Shown here one piece after another: positions 14,123-28,039 of a DNA stretch of 64,000 nt (its first letter is position 1; each line of letters opens with the position of its first letter). The position numbers and the translations under genes are program-made. Source of the stretch: Octopus vulgaris. Its lineage: Eukaryota. Below the pieces are notes generated by a model, which was not told the origin of the DNA, made no database searches, and worked only from the letters and a program-made list of their open reading frames with translations. The stretch lies in contig OX597819.1 in the NCBI GenBank assembly GCA_951406725.2, forward strand, positions 92,752,001-92,816,000. Reading direction: 5' to 3'.

Positions 14123-15285
14123 TATATATGTGTGTGTGTATGTATGTGGATGTGTGTATGTATGTATGTGGGTGTGTGTGTGTCTGTGTCTATATGTGGA
14201 TATGTACGTTTGTGCGTGTGTGTATGTGAAGCCGCTAAACGACATATTTAAAACCTGTATCGGTAGAATACTAAAACCATCTGAACACCACTTATTATGC
14301 TCTTCGTATAAAGATTAACAAAAGATACAGTCCTCCCGCAACCAAACTTCTTAGGACATGTGATACTCTCATTCCTCCGACAATGAACTATTTTATCAAA
14401 TATCTATGCAAATCACCGAAAAATTACAGCTTAGCTAAAATGGATGACTAATTTACACATCTTATCAGCGGTGTGTTCAAAGATTTTATAACTTTTTTTT
14501 ACGTACAACACACAAGCATGTTATATTATAAAATCCTAAAATCATTTCATGTCTATGTATATATTAATTAATATATACGTATAGATGCATTATGTGTACA
14601 GACACAGAGAATTATATATTTGTCTATAACATATGCACTGATATACATGTGTGTGTGTATGTGAATGCGTGCGCGCTTGTATGTCTGTATGTATATACGC
14701 TATTTATACGCACAATTGACACTAGGTTGGTCTACTATATTTAGTCCATTGGAAAGTCTTTCACCGTTTGATATTCCGTCATCGACTCCCGTGTTCAGAT
14801 TGCTTTAGCCGTAAAGTGCTGAATATTTTCTCCGTACGTTTTGTTACCGCATTTAAACTTCAATATTTATCGTACATAAATTTTCGTAACTTTCTGCATA
14901 TTCCAGTAGTCTTCTTTCTCTCAATGTCTCATTCATTTCATACCATTAAGATTTCACTGCGTCATTCATACTTACATATTTACACACACACGCACGCACA
15001 CACGCACACAAACACACACACATATATGCCCCCCACCATATAGGGTGTCCCAAAAGTCACAAGGGTGTTAAAGAATCATTTATACTGTTTTAAATTTACG
15101 ATAACTTACCACCACGTACAATATATATATATATATATATACATAAACGCACATATATATACATATATATATACATATATATACACACACACATATATAT
15201 ATATACATATATATACATACATATATATATACACATATATATATATATACACATATATATACTGTATATATACCACTCACACACA

Positions 15286-15351
<66 letters not shown>

Positions 15352-16611
15352 CAGACACACTCACACACACAGAGGAAATATATATTCATTGAGAGTTAAG
15401 AGTCACATTATGTGAATTACAAAAACAAAATGTAATTAAAACAAATTTATATACAAGCATCCATCTTCCCCGGTTTTAACCAGTGTATCGGTGAAATAGT
15501 AAAAGATGTTCGCTTCATATTGAAGCATATGGTACATTATCATTTATGTATACATATATATATATAACAGAAAATGGACCAATTGACTTACAGACATCAA
15601 TAGATAGATATGTCCACAATCGCACGTATCTAAATTTAATGCTGTGTCTACCAATGATCAATCAACCCATTGGGATGCAGCCCCTTTTTTTCCCGTCAAG
15701 TTATAACTCTGTTGAAATGTTCAAGTAATTATCTTAAATACGAATTTTTTATTTAATTTAATTCAATTATTTCTAATTTGAATTAATTGGACATGGATTA
15801 CGCTCGTAGGTTGTATGAGTTTGATATTCTTCGAAATTGGATTTGTTTTAATAAATTGATGTCAATATGTCAATTTCGCCATTTTCTTTTTCTTATACAT
15901 ACACATACACATATATGCTTGGCACTATTTCTCCTGGCCCATCATATTTATAGGTATGTATACATATATATATATATGCATGCATGCAGACATGATTTTG
16001 TGCGCGGGGAGATTGAGATAAAAATGTCATGATGATCTGACATTTTAACCCATCTCATACAAGCCAGTAAGCTAACTGACGTACGGTTCTTCGCGCTGCT
16101 AATCAAACTACCTTCAAGTCTTCTACCCACCCACTCCTGCTGTCTTCGATAATATAGTCTGTTAATGCCTCAAACCGCACTCGATCGTGTGTTTGCTCCA
16201 TCACGACTAGACTGGAATTAAACAACTACAGTTGCAGGAACAACAACAACACTACCAATACCACCACCACCACCAACAACAACAACAACGTTCTTATTTC
16301 TTAAGCAAACCATATTGTACTTATGTTATCTCTAACGATCTGAAAAGAGCAAGAATTGCACAGCAAATCTGTAACAACGATAGCGAGTACATCTTACGAC
16401 TGGGGAAAAAAGAAAGAAAGAAAAGAAAGAAAAGAGAGAAGAAAAAGTGAAAGATAGTAATTGAGAGAAAGGGATATTGAATAAGTTCCCAATTTGTCCC
16501 GACAGGGAAAGCGACTAGAATAACTGAATCAGATTAGTACATTTTTACAATTTATTTACACGACTCCACTTGTATCTTAAGCAAACAGCGTATTATTACT
16601 ATGGAACAAGG

Positions 16612-17015
16612 CGGTATGGTGGCAGAGACGGTAGCACATCGGTAAAATTGTCTACTGTATTTTACCAACTTTGCCTTCCATCCCTGTGGGGTTGATAAAA
16701 TAAAGCACCAGTCGAGCACGGGGGTCGATATAATCTACTTATCCCCTCCCCCAAATTTCAGGCCCTCTGTCTCTAGAAGAAAAAAATGAGTGCTATAACG
16801 AGAGAGAAAGACAGTGGGCAAGCAGAATCGTTAGCATGTCAGACAAAATACCTGGCACTATTTCTCTTGGCCCTTTACAAACAGAATTGAAATAATGCTT
16901 CCTTTGACTTTCATCCTTTCAAGGTTGATAAAATATCAGTTAAGCACTATGGTCAATGTAATCAATTAGAATCCCTTCCTAATATTGCTGACCTTGAGCC
17001 AAAATTTCGAACCTC
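16612..17015 (+). mobile_element. Two old SINE family 2 copies in tandem
   Basis: Diverged matches to the family 2 head (GGCAGA..CGTTAGCA) and body (CTTTCATCC...GTTGATAAAAT). Confidence 0.55.
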
Positions 17016-17639
17016 TGTTACAAGAGAGGGTGGTAATAGTGGCATAATTATTAGCGTACTGAACGAAAATAACCACGGAAGGTAATTATTATACGAGAAA
17101 TTAATTGTAGTATAATATGGTTGTATAACGAAATACGGTGTCACTACAAGTCATTTATGTACTACTAACTGTCAGGAATGTGTTAATACGTAAAATTGGT
17201 ATATCCAATAATGTTATACTGCTATATTTAGTGACTGTTTAAGCAGTGAGTTGGTGGATAATTAATAGGTTGGATGTGGTGTTAAATTAATGGGTTGGAT
17301 TAATAGGTTGAATTAATGGGTTGGATGTGGTGTTGAAGAAGGTGCAATAACTCCTGAAATATGCATATACACCCATCTTTCATTCGCATTGTTGTTTAAA
17401 TTAGATTTATTCGGAGATGAAACATCGGAACAAATCAGTGCTGGTTATAATTTCTATAGAAAATCTGTAGAGATAAATCTAACATTTGATCTAAAAGAAA
17501 TATATTACTTCTGATACTTTTTGTTCTGACTTCAAATCTCACCGAAGATAATTTTACTTTCAATTTCGTAGAGGTCTATGAAATACAGAACCAGTTAAAC
17601 ATTTGCGCCTAAACAAATCATTGTTCATAATGCTGCGAT

Positions 17640-18181
17640 AAAACGTCGCCCCTTTCAAACCTAGCCAGGCCCATGGGCCTGGTTTCCCAGTTTCTGTGGC
17701 GTACGTGTTCCCTCCAGCTGGACGGGACACCAGTCCATCGCAGCGTTACTCAAGAAACAGGAAGAGAGAGTGAGAGAAAGTTGTGGTGAAAGAGTACAAC
17801 AGGGGCCACCACCACCCCCTGCCGGAGCCTCGTGGAGCCTTTAGGTGTTTTCGCTCAACAAACACACACAACGCCCGGTCTGAGAATCAAAACCGCGAGT
17901 CCGCTGCCCCAACCACTGGGCCATTGCACCTCCACAAATGCGCCCTTTTAAAGCCTAGCCAGGCTCATGGGCCCGATTTCCCGGTTTCTATGGCTTATGT
18001 GTTCCCCAGCTGGACGGGACACCAGTCCATCGCAGCGTTACTAATTTTTGCCAGCTGAGTGGACTGGAGCAACGTGAAATGAAGTGTTTTGCTCAAGAAT
18101 CCGTCGTCCGGTCCAGGAATCGAAACCACAATCTTACAATCATGATGTTGACAAACTAACCACTAAGCCACGCGCCTCCAC
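17640..18181 (-). mobile_element. Tandem pair of tRNA-derived SINEs (family 3 group) sharing a 3' segment
   Basis: Two heads on the minus strand (GTGGAGGTGCAATGGCCCAGTGG and GTGGAGGCGCGTGGCTTAGTGG), both linked to the segment CCCTTT(C/T)AAA..CCTAGCCAGG...CAGTCCATCGCAGCGTTACT. Confidence 0.8.
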
Positions 18182-18849
18182 GTTCATAATACTAAGAAAA
18201 ATAATACTAAGAGAGCTGTTTTATAATAAGGATAAATGTCGAAGTTGATTTTCATGGGATTTGAACTCAGTACAACTAAATTTTGCAAAGTAGCATTCAA
18301 TTCATCATTCCAGGCATTTAGAGGAATTATAAACTAAAAAATACTGGTTTCTAAAACATACAAGATTACACGTTCTGAAAAAAAAAGATACTTCTAATTG
18401 AATGAATTCAGTACAGCAAGGTATTTAATTCGTTATTCTCAGAGCAGAGCAAGAGAGGCAAAGATGAATACTTACTTAAAGAAAGTTGTAACAAAAACCT
18501 GCAAAACTTGCTTCCACCAATGCACCGAACCTACTTCTCGACTATCATGTTAATAATTAAGTACAGGGACCCGTGGAAATACCACATTTTGCAAATTTTC
18601 CCCAATTGTATTATGATGCAAACATTTATATATCTTCAAAGTGGTAGTTGCAGCGCTGGCGATGATCTTGTTGCTACTTCGAGGGTAGTACTGATTCGTT
18701 GTTGCTTAAAGGCATGTCTATCAATTGTTCATTTCTGCAAGGTTTTCGTGGTGGTGTATTTTGTTTGAATTTCTTTCATTTTTAGTCGTTTAGTCTCCTC
18801 ACTGTCACCTTCGCCACTTGACATGTATGATTAGTCTCAAGTAGTATGG

Positions 18850-19200
18850 AACAGACAAACGGATTATGTTGATTATATCGACCCCAGTGCGTAACTGGTA
18901 CTTATTTAATCTACCACGAAAGGATGAAAGGCAAAGTCGGCCTCGGCGGAATTTGAACTCAGAACGTAGCGGCAGACGAAATACCCATTTATTTACTACC
19001 CACAAGGGGCTAAACACAGAGAGGACAAACGGATTAAGTCGATTACATCGACCCCAGTGCGTAACTGGTACTTAATTTATCGATCCCGAAAGGATGAAAG
19101 GCAAAGTCGACCTCGGTGGAATTTGAACTCAGAACGTAACTGCGGACGAAATACGGCTACGCATTTCGCCCGGCGTGCTAACGTTTCTGCCAGTTCACCA
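18850..19200 (-). mobile_element. SINE family 2 dimer
   Basis: Two consecutive copies of CGACCCCAGTGCGTAACTGGTACTT...GGATGAAAGGCAAAGTC. Confidence 0.85.
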
Positions 19201-19618
19201 CCCACCGCTGAAGAATATTGGAAGAAAGATATGTGTTGTACAACCCTATATATTCTGCAAGAAATTTAAGAAAATGCTTGACATTTGAGACACTGTCACC
19301 AAAGTTCCGGATAATACCTCTGGTAGTTAAATTGATATTAAACATCTTTCGTACAACTACAACAGCAACAAAAAAAATGACAAAATAGAGTCGATGATAG
19401 TGATGATTATAATGATTATGGTGATGATAGCAGGTGTGTCGCCATTAAATAAAGTAGAGGTACAATGTTTCAGATTTATGTAAGTGCATAAATGAGATTA
19501 CATATATAATTTTTTCTAATGCATTGACAGGGATTGAACCTGAACCATGCGATTGCCTTGCTATGAGTCTGCCTTTAATATATGATGACCCACATATGTT
19601 ATTATATTAAAATGACAC

Positions 19619-19750
19619 TTCCGCCGAGGTCGACTTTGCCTTTCATGCTTTCGGGGTTGATAAATTAAGTACCACTAAAGTACTGGGGTCGATGTGATCG
19701 AGTGTCCTTCTCCCCTCATAATCCATGCCTTGTGCCTTTAGTATAAGGAT
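19619..19750 (+). mobile_element. SINE family 2, 5'-truncated
   Basis: Contains TTCCGCCGAGGTCGACTTTGCCTTTCA...AAATTAAGTACCA. Confidence 0.75.
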
Positions 19751-20627
19751 TATATTAAAGCTGTATCCCTAAGATTTTTAACGGAAACTTTGCTTTCCAG
19801 GTGTATGTTTTTATTAATGTATGTATTCATTTCAATCAAATAAGGTTTCTTTCAAGTGCCATACTACAAGAACAATAAATCTGATCGGGGCTAGAATAGT
19901 AAGTTTCAGAACTAGAGACATAAAGGGAATAACAAATCTTTGAGTTTGGTATGGATTTATCAAATTTATATTTGATATTCTATTCCCTCGTATTAATATA
20001 TTTTCTACTTTATTTCAAGACAGGGAGAATAGTTTATACAAACAGTAATTGCGATACAGTGTTTCAAGATGGAGTACTGAATTATAAATTAAAAACCTAG
20101 CTGTTTTCCTAGGTGGGTTAAACACATAATGTTTTAATATTTGACTTTGTAAGGATAGTCCCAATCACTTGATATTGCTGACAAGGCAAAGCAACCATCA
20201 GTGAAATCATTCCAAGAACGTAACATCAGGTATTTTCCAATTCCAATAATGACGGGTATTGGGTTAGTCTTCGAAAAGTATGTCATGCTCATTAAATAAA
20301 CGCGATTTAAGTGATTTATAAGCTTTAATTGCTGTAAGGCAGTGAGTTGGCAGAACCGTTATCTAGCGCAGCGGACAAGATAGTTAGCGATATTTTTTCC
20401 TGATGTTTATGGGCTGAGCTCAAAAAAGTTTGAGATCGATTTTGCCTCTCATTCTCTGGAGGTTTGTAAAAAAAGAACTAGTTGAAATCAATTAAACTTC
20501 TCACCCGTCAAACTGTTGGGCTTGTAGCAAAATTTGAAACAGTTACCTCTCATCTTTTTGTATGTGTATAACTTCAAAATGAAATTTTTTTTAACCAATT
20601 ACAGTAAAATGTATAACTTAAAATACA

Positions 20628-20707
<80 letters not shown>

Positions 20708-21918
20708 CAATAGAGTACACAACGTGTTGAAATCGTGGAAGTAGTCTTGGATTGATCATGAATTTTTGCGAGCCTACTTCCTCGTTGTATACTGTAAAAG
20801 TGATAATATTTAAGTGGTTTGAAGATTTGGTATCTATTTTAAGATTAGGCAGTCTCTTCTATGCCCTTAATAATAATTGTATTTTATACTATTATAGATC
20901 TCTATATATATGAATTCACCTTAATAAGTCTATATTATATGCTGGCCACTGATAACCTCTTTAGCGGTTTTATCCTTTATTATTATTCTTAAATATATAT
21001 ATTTGGTAACAAAGTAAACAACAGGTTGTACGGTGCGCCGCATGGATAAATGAAGAGTAGGACAGAAAGAACACAATAAGCGGAAATCCATGAAAACACA
21101 ACATGTGGAAAAGTAGACGAAAACATAACGAGTGTGCTTTTATATAGAGGCTCACTTTGCCCCAAATAACAGCTAAATTTTTCTCTTCAAATCACCCTGC
21201 ATTTTCTAATGGTTTAATCTGAATAGGATGAGCAGTTCCTTCGAAAATGGTGGTAACAAGCTATCCTCAGAGAAGAGACTTGTTTCAAAAGCTACTAAAA
21301 ATGTGAACTCCCCTAAAGAAAAAGAAGCCGTCTAAGGTCGACATGGTGTGGTGTGGGGATCACAAAACCGACTTCAGTTTCAGTTTACATTACCGTCTTG
21401 AAAAAGGAAGAGCATATGGAAATTTGTAGTCTTAAATAAATTCTGTCACGAAAGAAGACATGGCAGCAAAGCTTTAAACCATAGGCCTGCCTGATAAAGC
21501 TGACCTGTGGTTAAATAACCCGACAAACATAGCAAAAAATGTAACAAACATAAGCATGCAATTGAAGACCTTTATATCGTAGAAAGGCCTGAACAGTACG
21601 CGATTCTATAATGCCTTCGTTATGTATCTGAGGCATTTAACATTATTCAAGAAAATGCTTTGTTATTGTAGTCTGGTGCAAGAGAACTAGCTATAGAAAT
21701 AGTTAACATCGATATCACTGCAAATGCTAGTTGATAGATCGTTTGAAGAAATCGAAATACAATCGTATTGAAATGCAGGTGTTTGATTAATATTATATAT
21801 GTTCCTGGTGTTAAGATTTGATAGTTCGACTGCAATTATTTGTATAACCACTTAAGTGTCAGTGTGAGTGTGTGTGTTCGTATGTGCATGCGTGCGTGCA
21901 TGCGCGTATAGTGTTTGT

Positions 21919-21954
<36 letters not shown>

Positions 21955-22210
21955 TTATATATACATTTATATAATTTGTGCGTGTATATATATTTGTATA
22001 TGTATATATGTTTGTATTTGCTTGTGTGTGTTTTCTTCTGCTTGTCCTCCAGAGCAAGACTACCGGTGTTGATTTTTTTACGCCCCTGTTACTTGGTGGT
22101 CAGTAAGATGTGTTGCAGTCAATTTATTCGATCAAAGCCTTAAGCTAGGGTAAGAAGCCTGCCTACAGTCTCCTGAGTGAAACAAGTAAAATGTAAACGA
22201 AAATATGTAT

Positions 22211-22269
<59 letters not shown>

Positions 22270-22431
22270 TAACACATACATACATATATACACACATAAC
22301 CACACACACGCACACCCCACATATATAAGATTAAATCGATTAAACCCTAAAAAATTTAGTGTGTGCAACACCAAAGAAATATCTAAAGAAGCGAGTTTAT
22401 TTAAATGAATTAATAAATAAATTAATTAAAC

Positions 22432-22771
22432 TTCGAACTTGCCGCTGGCATATTCGAACATTGCATTCAGACACATCACTGCTAAGCGCTCCTACCTCGT
22501 AATTTATTTACGGTCAATCGCCGATTATTGCTACCAGGCTTTGTACGATTACTGGAATAGCATAAGTGAAATTGCCTCTCTTATTAAGTTTGTCTCTCTG
22601 ATGAGGAGATAACCATACCGAAATGCTGGTATCTCACAGTCTGGGTAGATGGCGCTGCGTTCTGATTAAAGTGTATTTACATCATTTATTTACAACGCAA
22701 AATTTTCTCCGTGACAAAATACAGCGAATGACTAGTTTACGAGTTCAAATTTGCCACTGGCATATTCGAAC
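22432..22771 (+). repeat. 312-bp-period direct repeat unit with degenerate hammerhead core (from 22598)
   Basis: TTCGAACTTGCCGCTGGCATATTCGAAC at 22432 and TTCAAATTTGCCACTGGCATATTCGAAC at 22744. CTGATGA is followed by the hairpin GAGATAACCA...TGGTATCTC. Confidence 0.5.
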
Positions 22772-23625
22772 TGGTAATAATATTGTAAGTATGCATTGTA
22801 TTTTAAGGAGAACGGAAGTGATAGTTAAATATATCAATAATAAATATTAAATAATAAAGAGTGTTACAATGGATTTGTAGAATGAAATAAGAGGATTAGC
22901 TGTATAAAAATAAGTTAAAGGCATGGTAGGAATGGGCGAATCCCACATTGAGGTGTTTAATTCAATGATGTAAGTGTTGTGATAAAGTAGGTAAGAAGGA
23001 GGAAAGAGATAACGAAAAGCCAATGAAATTGGGTTAAAAAATTAAATAAGTACGTGAAGAAATTTAAGTAAGACGTGCACCTGTATAAATATGCAAGGAG
23101 TTTCCACATTATCAAAGAAAGCAAACGTTGTGATAAGGAGTGGGAGTTGATATAGGAATATATAGTGAAATAAATGAATAGTTAAGGGAGCAAGAATTAT
23201 ATGTAGGAGCCAGGTAGGAAGATCAAAAATAGAAGGAAAATAAGTTTAGAGTAGAGTGAAGCTGTGGAATGCAAATGGTTTAACCTAGGAGTGTTGCTAA
23301 GCGGGTGAGCTTCAAGTTAATCTTTAGTTTTTTTTTTACTTGTTGCGAACATTGTACTGCGGCACTGCTGGAGCACCGCGTTGTACGTTTAGTTGGAGCA
23401 AATGGATTCCAGTGAATACTTTACTTCTGGTGAAGGGAAATAATGAGTCCCATTGTATGTTTGGTTGACCGGCTAAGCTGAAAAACAAACTAGTTGTCAA
23501 GTGACAGGAGGTGAATAGTGGGTCAAAGACGAACGCAAATGTACACCCCTGTCTTTTTCATTCTGTCTGTCTGTCTCTCTCTCTATGTGTGTGTGTGTGT
23601 ATGTATATATATATATATAAATACA

Positions 23626-24017
23626 GGCGTAATAGTGGATGTGTGGTAAGTAGCTTGCTTACCAACCACATTGTTCCGGGTTCAGTCCCACTGCATGGCA
23701 CCTTGGGCAAGTGTCTTCTACTATAGCCTCGGGCCGACCAAAGCCTTGTGAGTGGACTTGGTAGATGAAAATTGAAAGAAGCCCGTCGCTTATATATATA
23801 TATATATATGTATATGTTTGTGTATCTGTGTTTGTCTCCCCAAAATCGCTTGACAACCGATGCTGGTGTGTTTACGTCCCCGTAACTTAGCGGTTCGGTA
23901 AAAGAGACCGATAGAATAAGTACCAGGCTTACAAAGAATGAGTCCTGAGGTCGATTTGCACGACTAAAGGCGGTGCTTCAGCATGGCCGCATGAAATAAG
24001 TAAAAGAGTAAAAGAGT
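23626..24017 (+). mobile_element. SINE family 1 (full length)
   Basis: Colinear with 2318-2710; tail (TAAAAGAG)2. Confidence 0.85.
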
Positions 24018-24027
24018 ATATATATTT

Positions 24028-24360
24028 ATATATATAAAATATTAGAAAAAAATCACCTTTTATCAATTCAAAACAAATAATTAAATTACACCATCTAGAA
24101 AATTGCATATAATAGAAAAGTTAAAATTAAAATAACAATTAAAAAGTAAAGATTCAGTAAATTATAAAAATAATATAATGTATGTAATTGGTAGAAAACA
24201 ATTACATACATTATATTATTTTTGTAATTTACTTAATCTTTACTTTTTAATTGTTATTTTAATTTTAACTATTCTATTATATGTAATTTTCTAGGTGGTG
24301 TAATTTAATTATTCCCTTTGAATTGTTAAAAGGTGTTTTTTTCTAATATTTTATATATAT
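24028..24360. repeat. Long near-perfect palindrome (~160-bp arms, 8-nt loop)
   Basis: Centre ...ATAATGTATGTAATTG-GTAGAAAA-CAATTACATACATTAT..., with pairing that continues out to the flanking TA runs. Confidence 0.9.
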
Positions 24361-24619
24361 TATATTGTGTGGAATTTGATTTAGTATTTCTAAATTGGAT
24401 TCTTTTTCCTTGTAAGTTTGGATTTTATTCCGTCAAATAATAATTATATTTATATATATATATATATTTATATATAAATATTTAAATATATATATTTACA
24501 CACACACACATACACACACATATATACATATATGTATATATATATGTATATATGTGTGTGTATGTGTGTGTGTAAATATATATATTTAAATATTTATATA
24601 TATATATTTATCTATATAT

Positions 24620-25672
24620 TACCTAAATGTAAACACAAATAGTGAGCGGTGTTTCACAGGGCACTGTCTTAGGACCACTGTTTTCATAGTGGATCTCTCA
24701 GATATGCGCTCAACTCCCCAGATAGCCACCCTAGCTCGTTGCGCAGACGGTACAAAAGCCTCGCAGAAAATACAGAACCCTAGCGATGTTGCACACCTGC
24801 GGCAGGAGTTTGAGTAAATTTACAGATAGGCTGAGGATAGTAATATGCAGTTTAATGCTGAAAAATTGCAAGCCCTGCGCTACCAGCGTCCAAAACTGAA
24901 TATAAAAGTTACAGGAAGACTTGTCCACAGGGGATTACAATCCCAGAGTCTAAATCATTGAGGGACCTGAGTGATGATACATCTTTCAAAGTGCACAATG
25001 CCAGGATGGCGACAAAGCTCTGGATGGATCCTGAGAACGTTCATGTCCAGAGAAAAGGAAACCCTGATAATCCTATGGAGGACATTCGTCCTCAGTCGCC
25101 TGGATTACTGATCCCAACTATTGTCACCCAACTGTGTAAAAATTAACAGCTGACCTTGACGCAACCCAGCGAAGAATCAAAAAGAAGATCGTCTCATTGC
25201 AACAGCTCAGCTACAAGGAAAGGCTCAAACAGCTAAGACTCTATTCTCTGGAGTGAAGGCGGGAGAGGCATGCAGTAATACACATCAGGAAGATCCTGGG
25301 AAGAATTGTGTCAAATTTTGGCATTGAAAACTACACCAATGCCAGAACGAGTTGACACTGACAGTGCCAAAAATCCCAACAATACCATCGCGCTTCAGGA
25401 CCAGTTACTGCAACAGACTGACTTTCAGGGGTTCACAGCTTTTTAATGTTCTCCCAAAGTGGATGTAGGTGCTTTCAAATAAAAACTTGACCTCTTCTCT
25501 GTCGAGAGTACTAGATGAATTTAACTCACGGCAAATGAGAGTAACGACATCAAATTTCATTCTTCACCAAGTGCCATATATTAGAGGAGGCTCTCAGTAA
25601 TAACAGTGTAGCAAAAGTGTGGTTCCCCAGCATGACCACATCCCTGAGCTGAAACAAAAAAAGAAGAAAAGA
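24620..25672 (+). mobile_element. CR1/L2-group LINE, 5'-truncated and degenerate, with 3' tail
   Basis: SGVSQGTVLGPL (RT motif), a decayed ADDTK, KQLRLYSLE, NFGIENYTNART and FRGSQLFNVLPK. Tail CCCCAGCATGACCACA...CTGAAAC followed by A-rich sequence. Confidence 0.85.
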
Positions 25673-25689
25673 ATATATATATATATTTA

Positions 25690-25742
<53 letters not shown>

Positions 25743-25802
25743 ATGTATATATTTCTATATAGATATATTTCTATATATTTATCTATATATATTTATACAT
25801 AT

Positions 25803-25865
<63 letters not shown>

Positions 25866-26380
25866 TATATATATTTATTTATATTATATATATATATATG
25901 TTTATATATATTCATATATATATATATATATATTTATATTGACATATACAAACATACATACACACATATATATATATATGTATATATATAGAAATACTAT
26001 TGGAACTTACACACAAGGTACAGGAAACGTATATGAATATCATTCTGCTAAAATAATGGCAGTGCCGATACAATATCCCCACATATCCCACGTCTGTTTT
26101 CATTACTCCACTTCACTCTCTATTTCATATCTACTCTAGAATAACTATTGAATAACCAATTTCTCACACCCTCTCCTATGAAGGGATATATAAAATATCC
26201 CGGAAAAAACTGTAAGACCTTCCCTTTACAAATGCTCTCAAATATTTCACAGCCTTGGATTTTTATCTCATTCTGTTAATTTTTTATATATGTATATATA
26301 TAATATTTATATTTATATTAATATATATTTACGCATATATATATTTACATATACATATATATTTATGAATATGTAAATAA

Positions 26381-26527
<147 letters not shown>

Positions 26528-27764
26528 CATATAACGAACGCACATATTTTCCCTCGACCAGATTCACTCACAATGCATTGCCTGACTCATATCTGTAGTA
26601 CATATTACTTGCTTAAGTGGCTATGCTGCGGGAGTGAATCCGAAGTAATCTGGTGCCTGAAGGCTTTACCCGTTAATAAAAAAAAAAAAATTATTTAACT
26701 AATAAATATTGTAATGGAAATACACTGATATGTCTTGCTACCAACCATATTAGTAAATTACTCTGCACTTACTAATTGAGTCTTTCTTCTGATTTTCTTT
26801 TCTCTGAACTTTTCACGGCATCCGTTTTCTTTTTTAGTTTCATTAGCTTTTGCTTTATCTTTCATAAGTACTTCATCACAGATCGTAGTTTCTTGATTTT
26901 AATCATTTAATATAAATTATACAAAATTTAAGATATTTCAATTTCTTAAATCACAGTCGTTGGTTTCCTTCTTTCTTCTGATTTTTCTCCGCCTAGGTAC
27001 TTTATCACCCTGTTCACTTCATTGACTTAAATTTTCCAGCATGTTCTTCACATATTATAAAGAATAACAAAATTATTTTTAATATAATTTATCTCCTGAA
27101 TTCTTTCTATTGAGACATCTTAGAAATTTCTACTACTAAAAATTAATTTCTATTTCATTTAACTGTCACCGCCATTTCAACTTAAAATACAACATGCACA
27201 TTAACTTCTGTATTTCTTTGAACATAAAAATTTCTAATTAATATTAATTCTTATTTATCTGTCTCCTCCTTTCGCCCTGAAATATAACACATTACCCTTC
27301 GCCGTCATTTGATTTAATTCACTTTTCCTAATTACCTAATCATTTCTTAAGCTAATTCGGGATATTTCCCTGCCGTTGCTGGAATCTGTTTTCCTTTAAC
27401 GTTGCGCAGCTCAAACTATTTATTTTATTATCTATATTATTTATGTAATACATTTTTTTTTTTACATTTCTACTTTACCCATATCAGTCTTATTTTTAAA
27501 ATTTTATTTCCGTTCTTCGTCAGCTATCAACTGCAAGTAATATAATTCCGTGGACTTCGGGCGTAGGTCAGGTGAGGAAGAGGAAATGATATATTTCATG
27601 GTTCTGAGTAGAAGTAGGGATATGCGATTAGCTTGTTCATTACAATCTTTCAGAATAATCAGAAATAAAGTATTAATTTCTTTTAATAGATTAGTTTCAG
27701 GAATACAAAATATCCCTGAGATTTAATCAATTTCCAAATGAAATACCAACGACGTTCATACCGA

Positions 27765-27891
27765 AACTGGTACTTTATTTATCGACCCTAAAAGGATGAA
27801 AGGCAAAGTCGACCCCGGCGGAATTTGAACTCAGAACGTAGCAAACAAAATACCGCTAGGCATTTCGCCCGGCGTGCTAACGTTTCTGCCA
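27765..27891 (-). mobile_element. SINE family 2, 5' half
   Basis: GGATGAAAGGCAAAGTCGACCCCGGCGGAATTTGAACTCAGAACG...GTGCTAACGTTTCTGCCA. Confidence 0.8.
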
Positions 27892-28039
27892 TCACCTATT
27901 GCCAACTGGTGTTGGTACATTTACATCTCCAATCTTAGCCGTTCGACAATAGAGACCGATAGAATTAGGATCAAGCTTAACTTTTACTGTCTCAGGCATC
28001 ATCGCAGCAATAAATGAAATCAAGATACCAACTTGCAAC

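Noticed and set aside
18500-18830. Minus-strand reading MSSGEGDSEETKRLKMKEIQ...
   Set aside because: Stop after 31 codons and no recognisable family; possibly a decayed TE ORF.
22900-23320. Purine-rich stretch resembling an ancient LINE 3' end (also 26760-27250)
   Set aside because: Too decayed to recover diagnostic motifs.
27500-27530. Minus-strand CTGACGA...GAAA
   Set aside because: No stem II or stem I could be formed.
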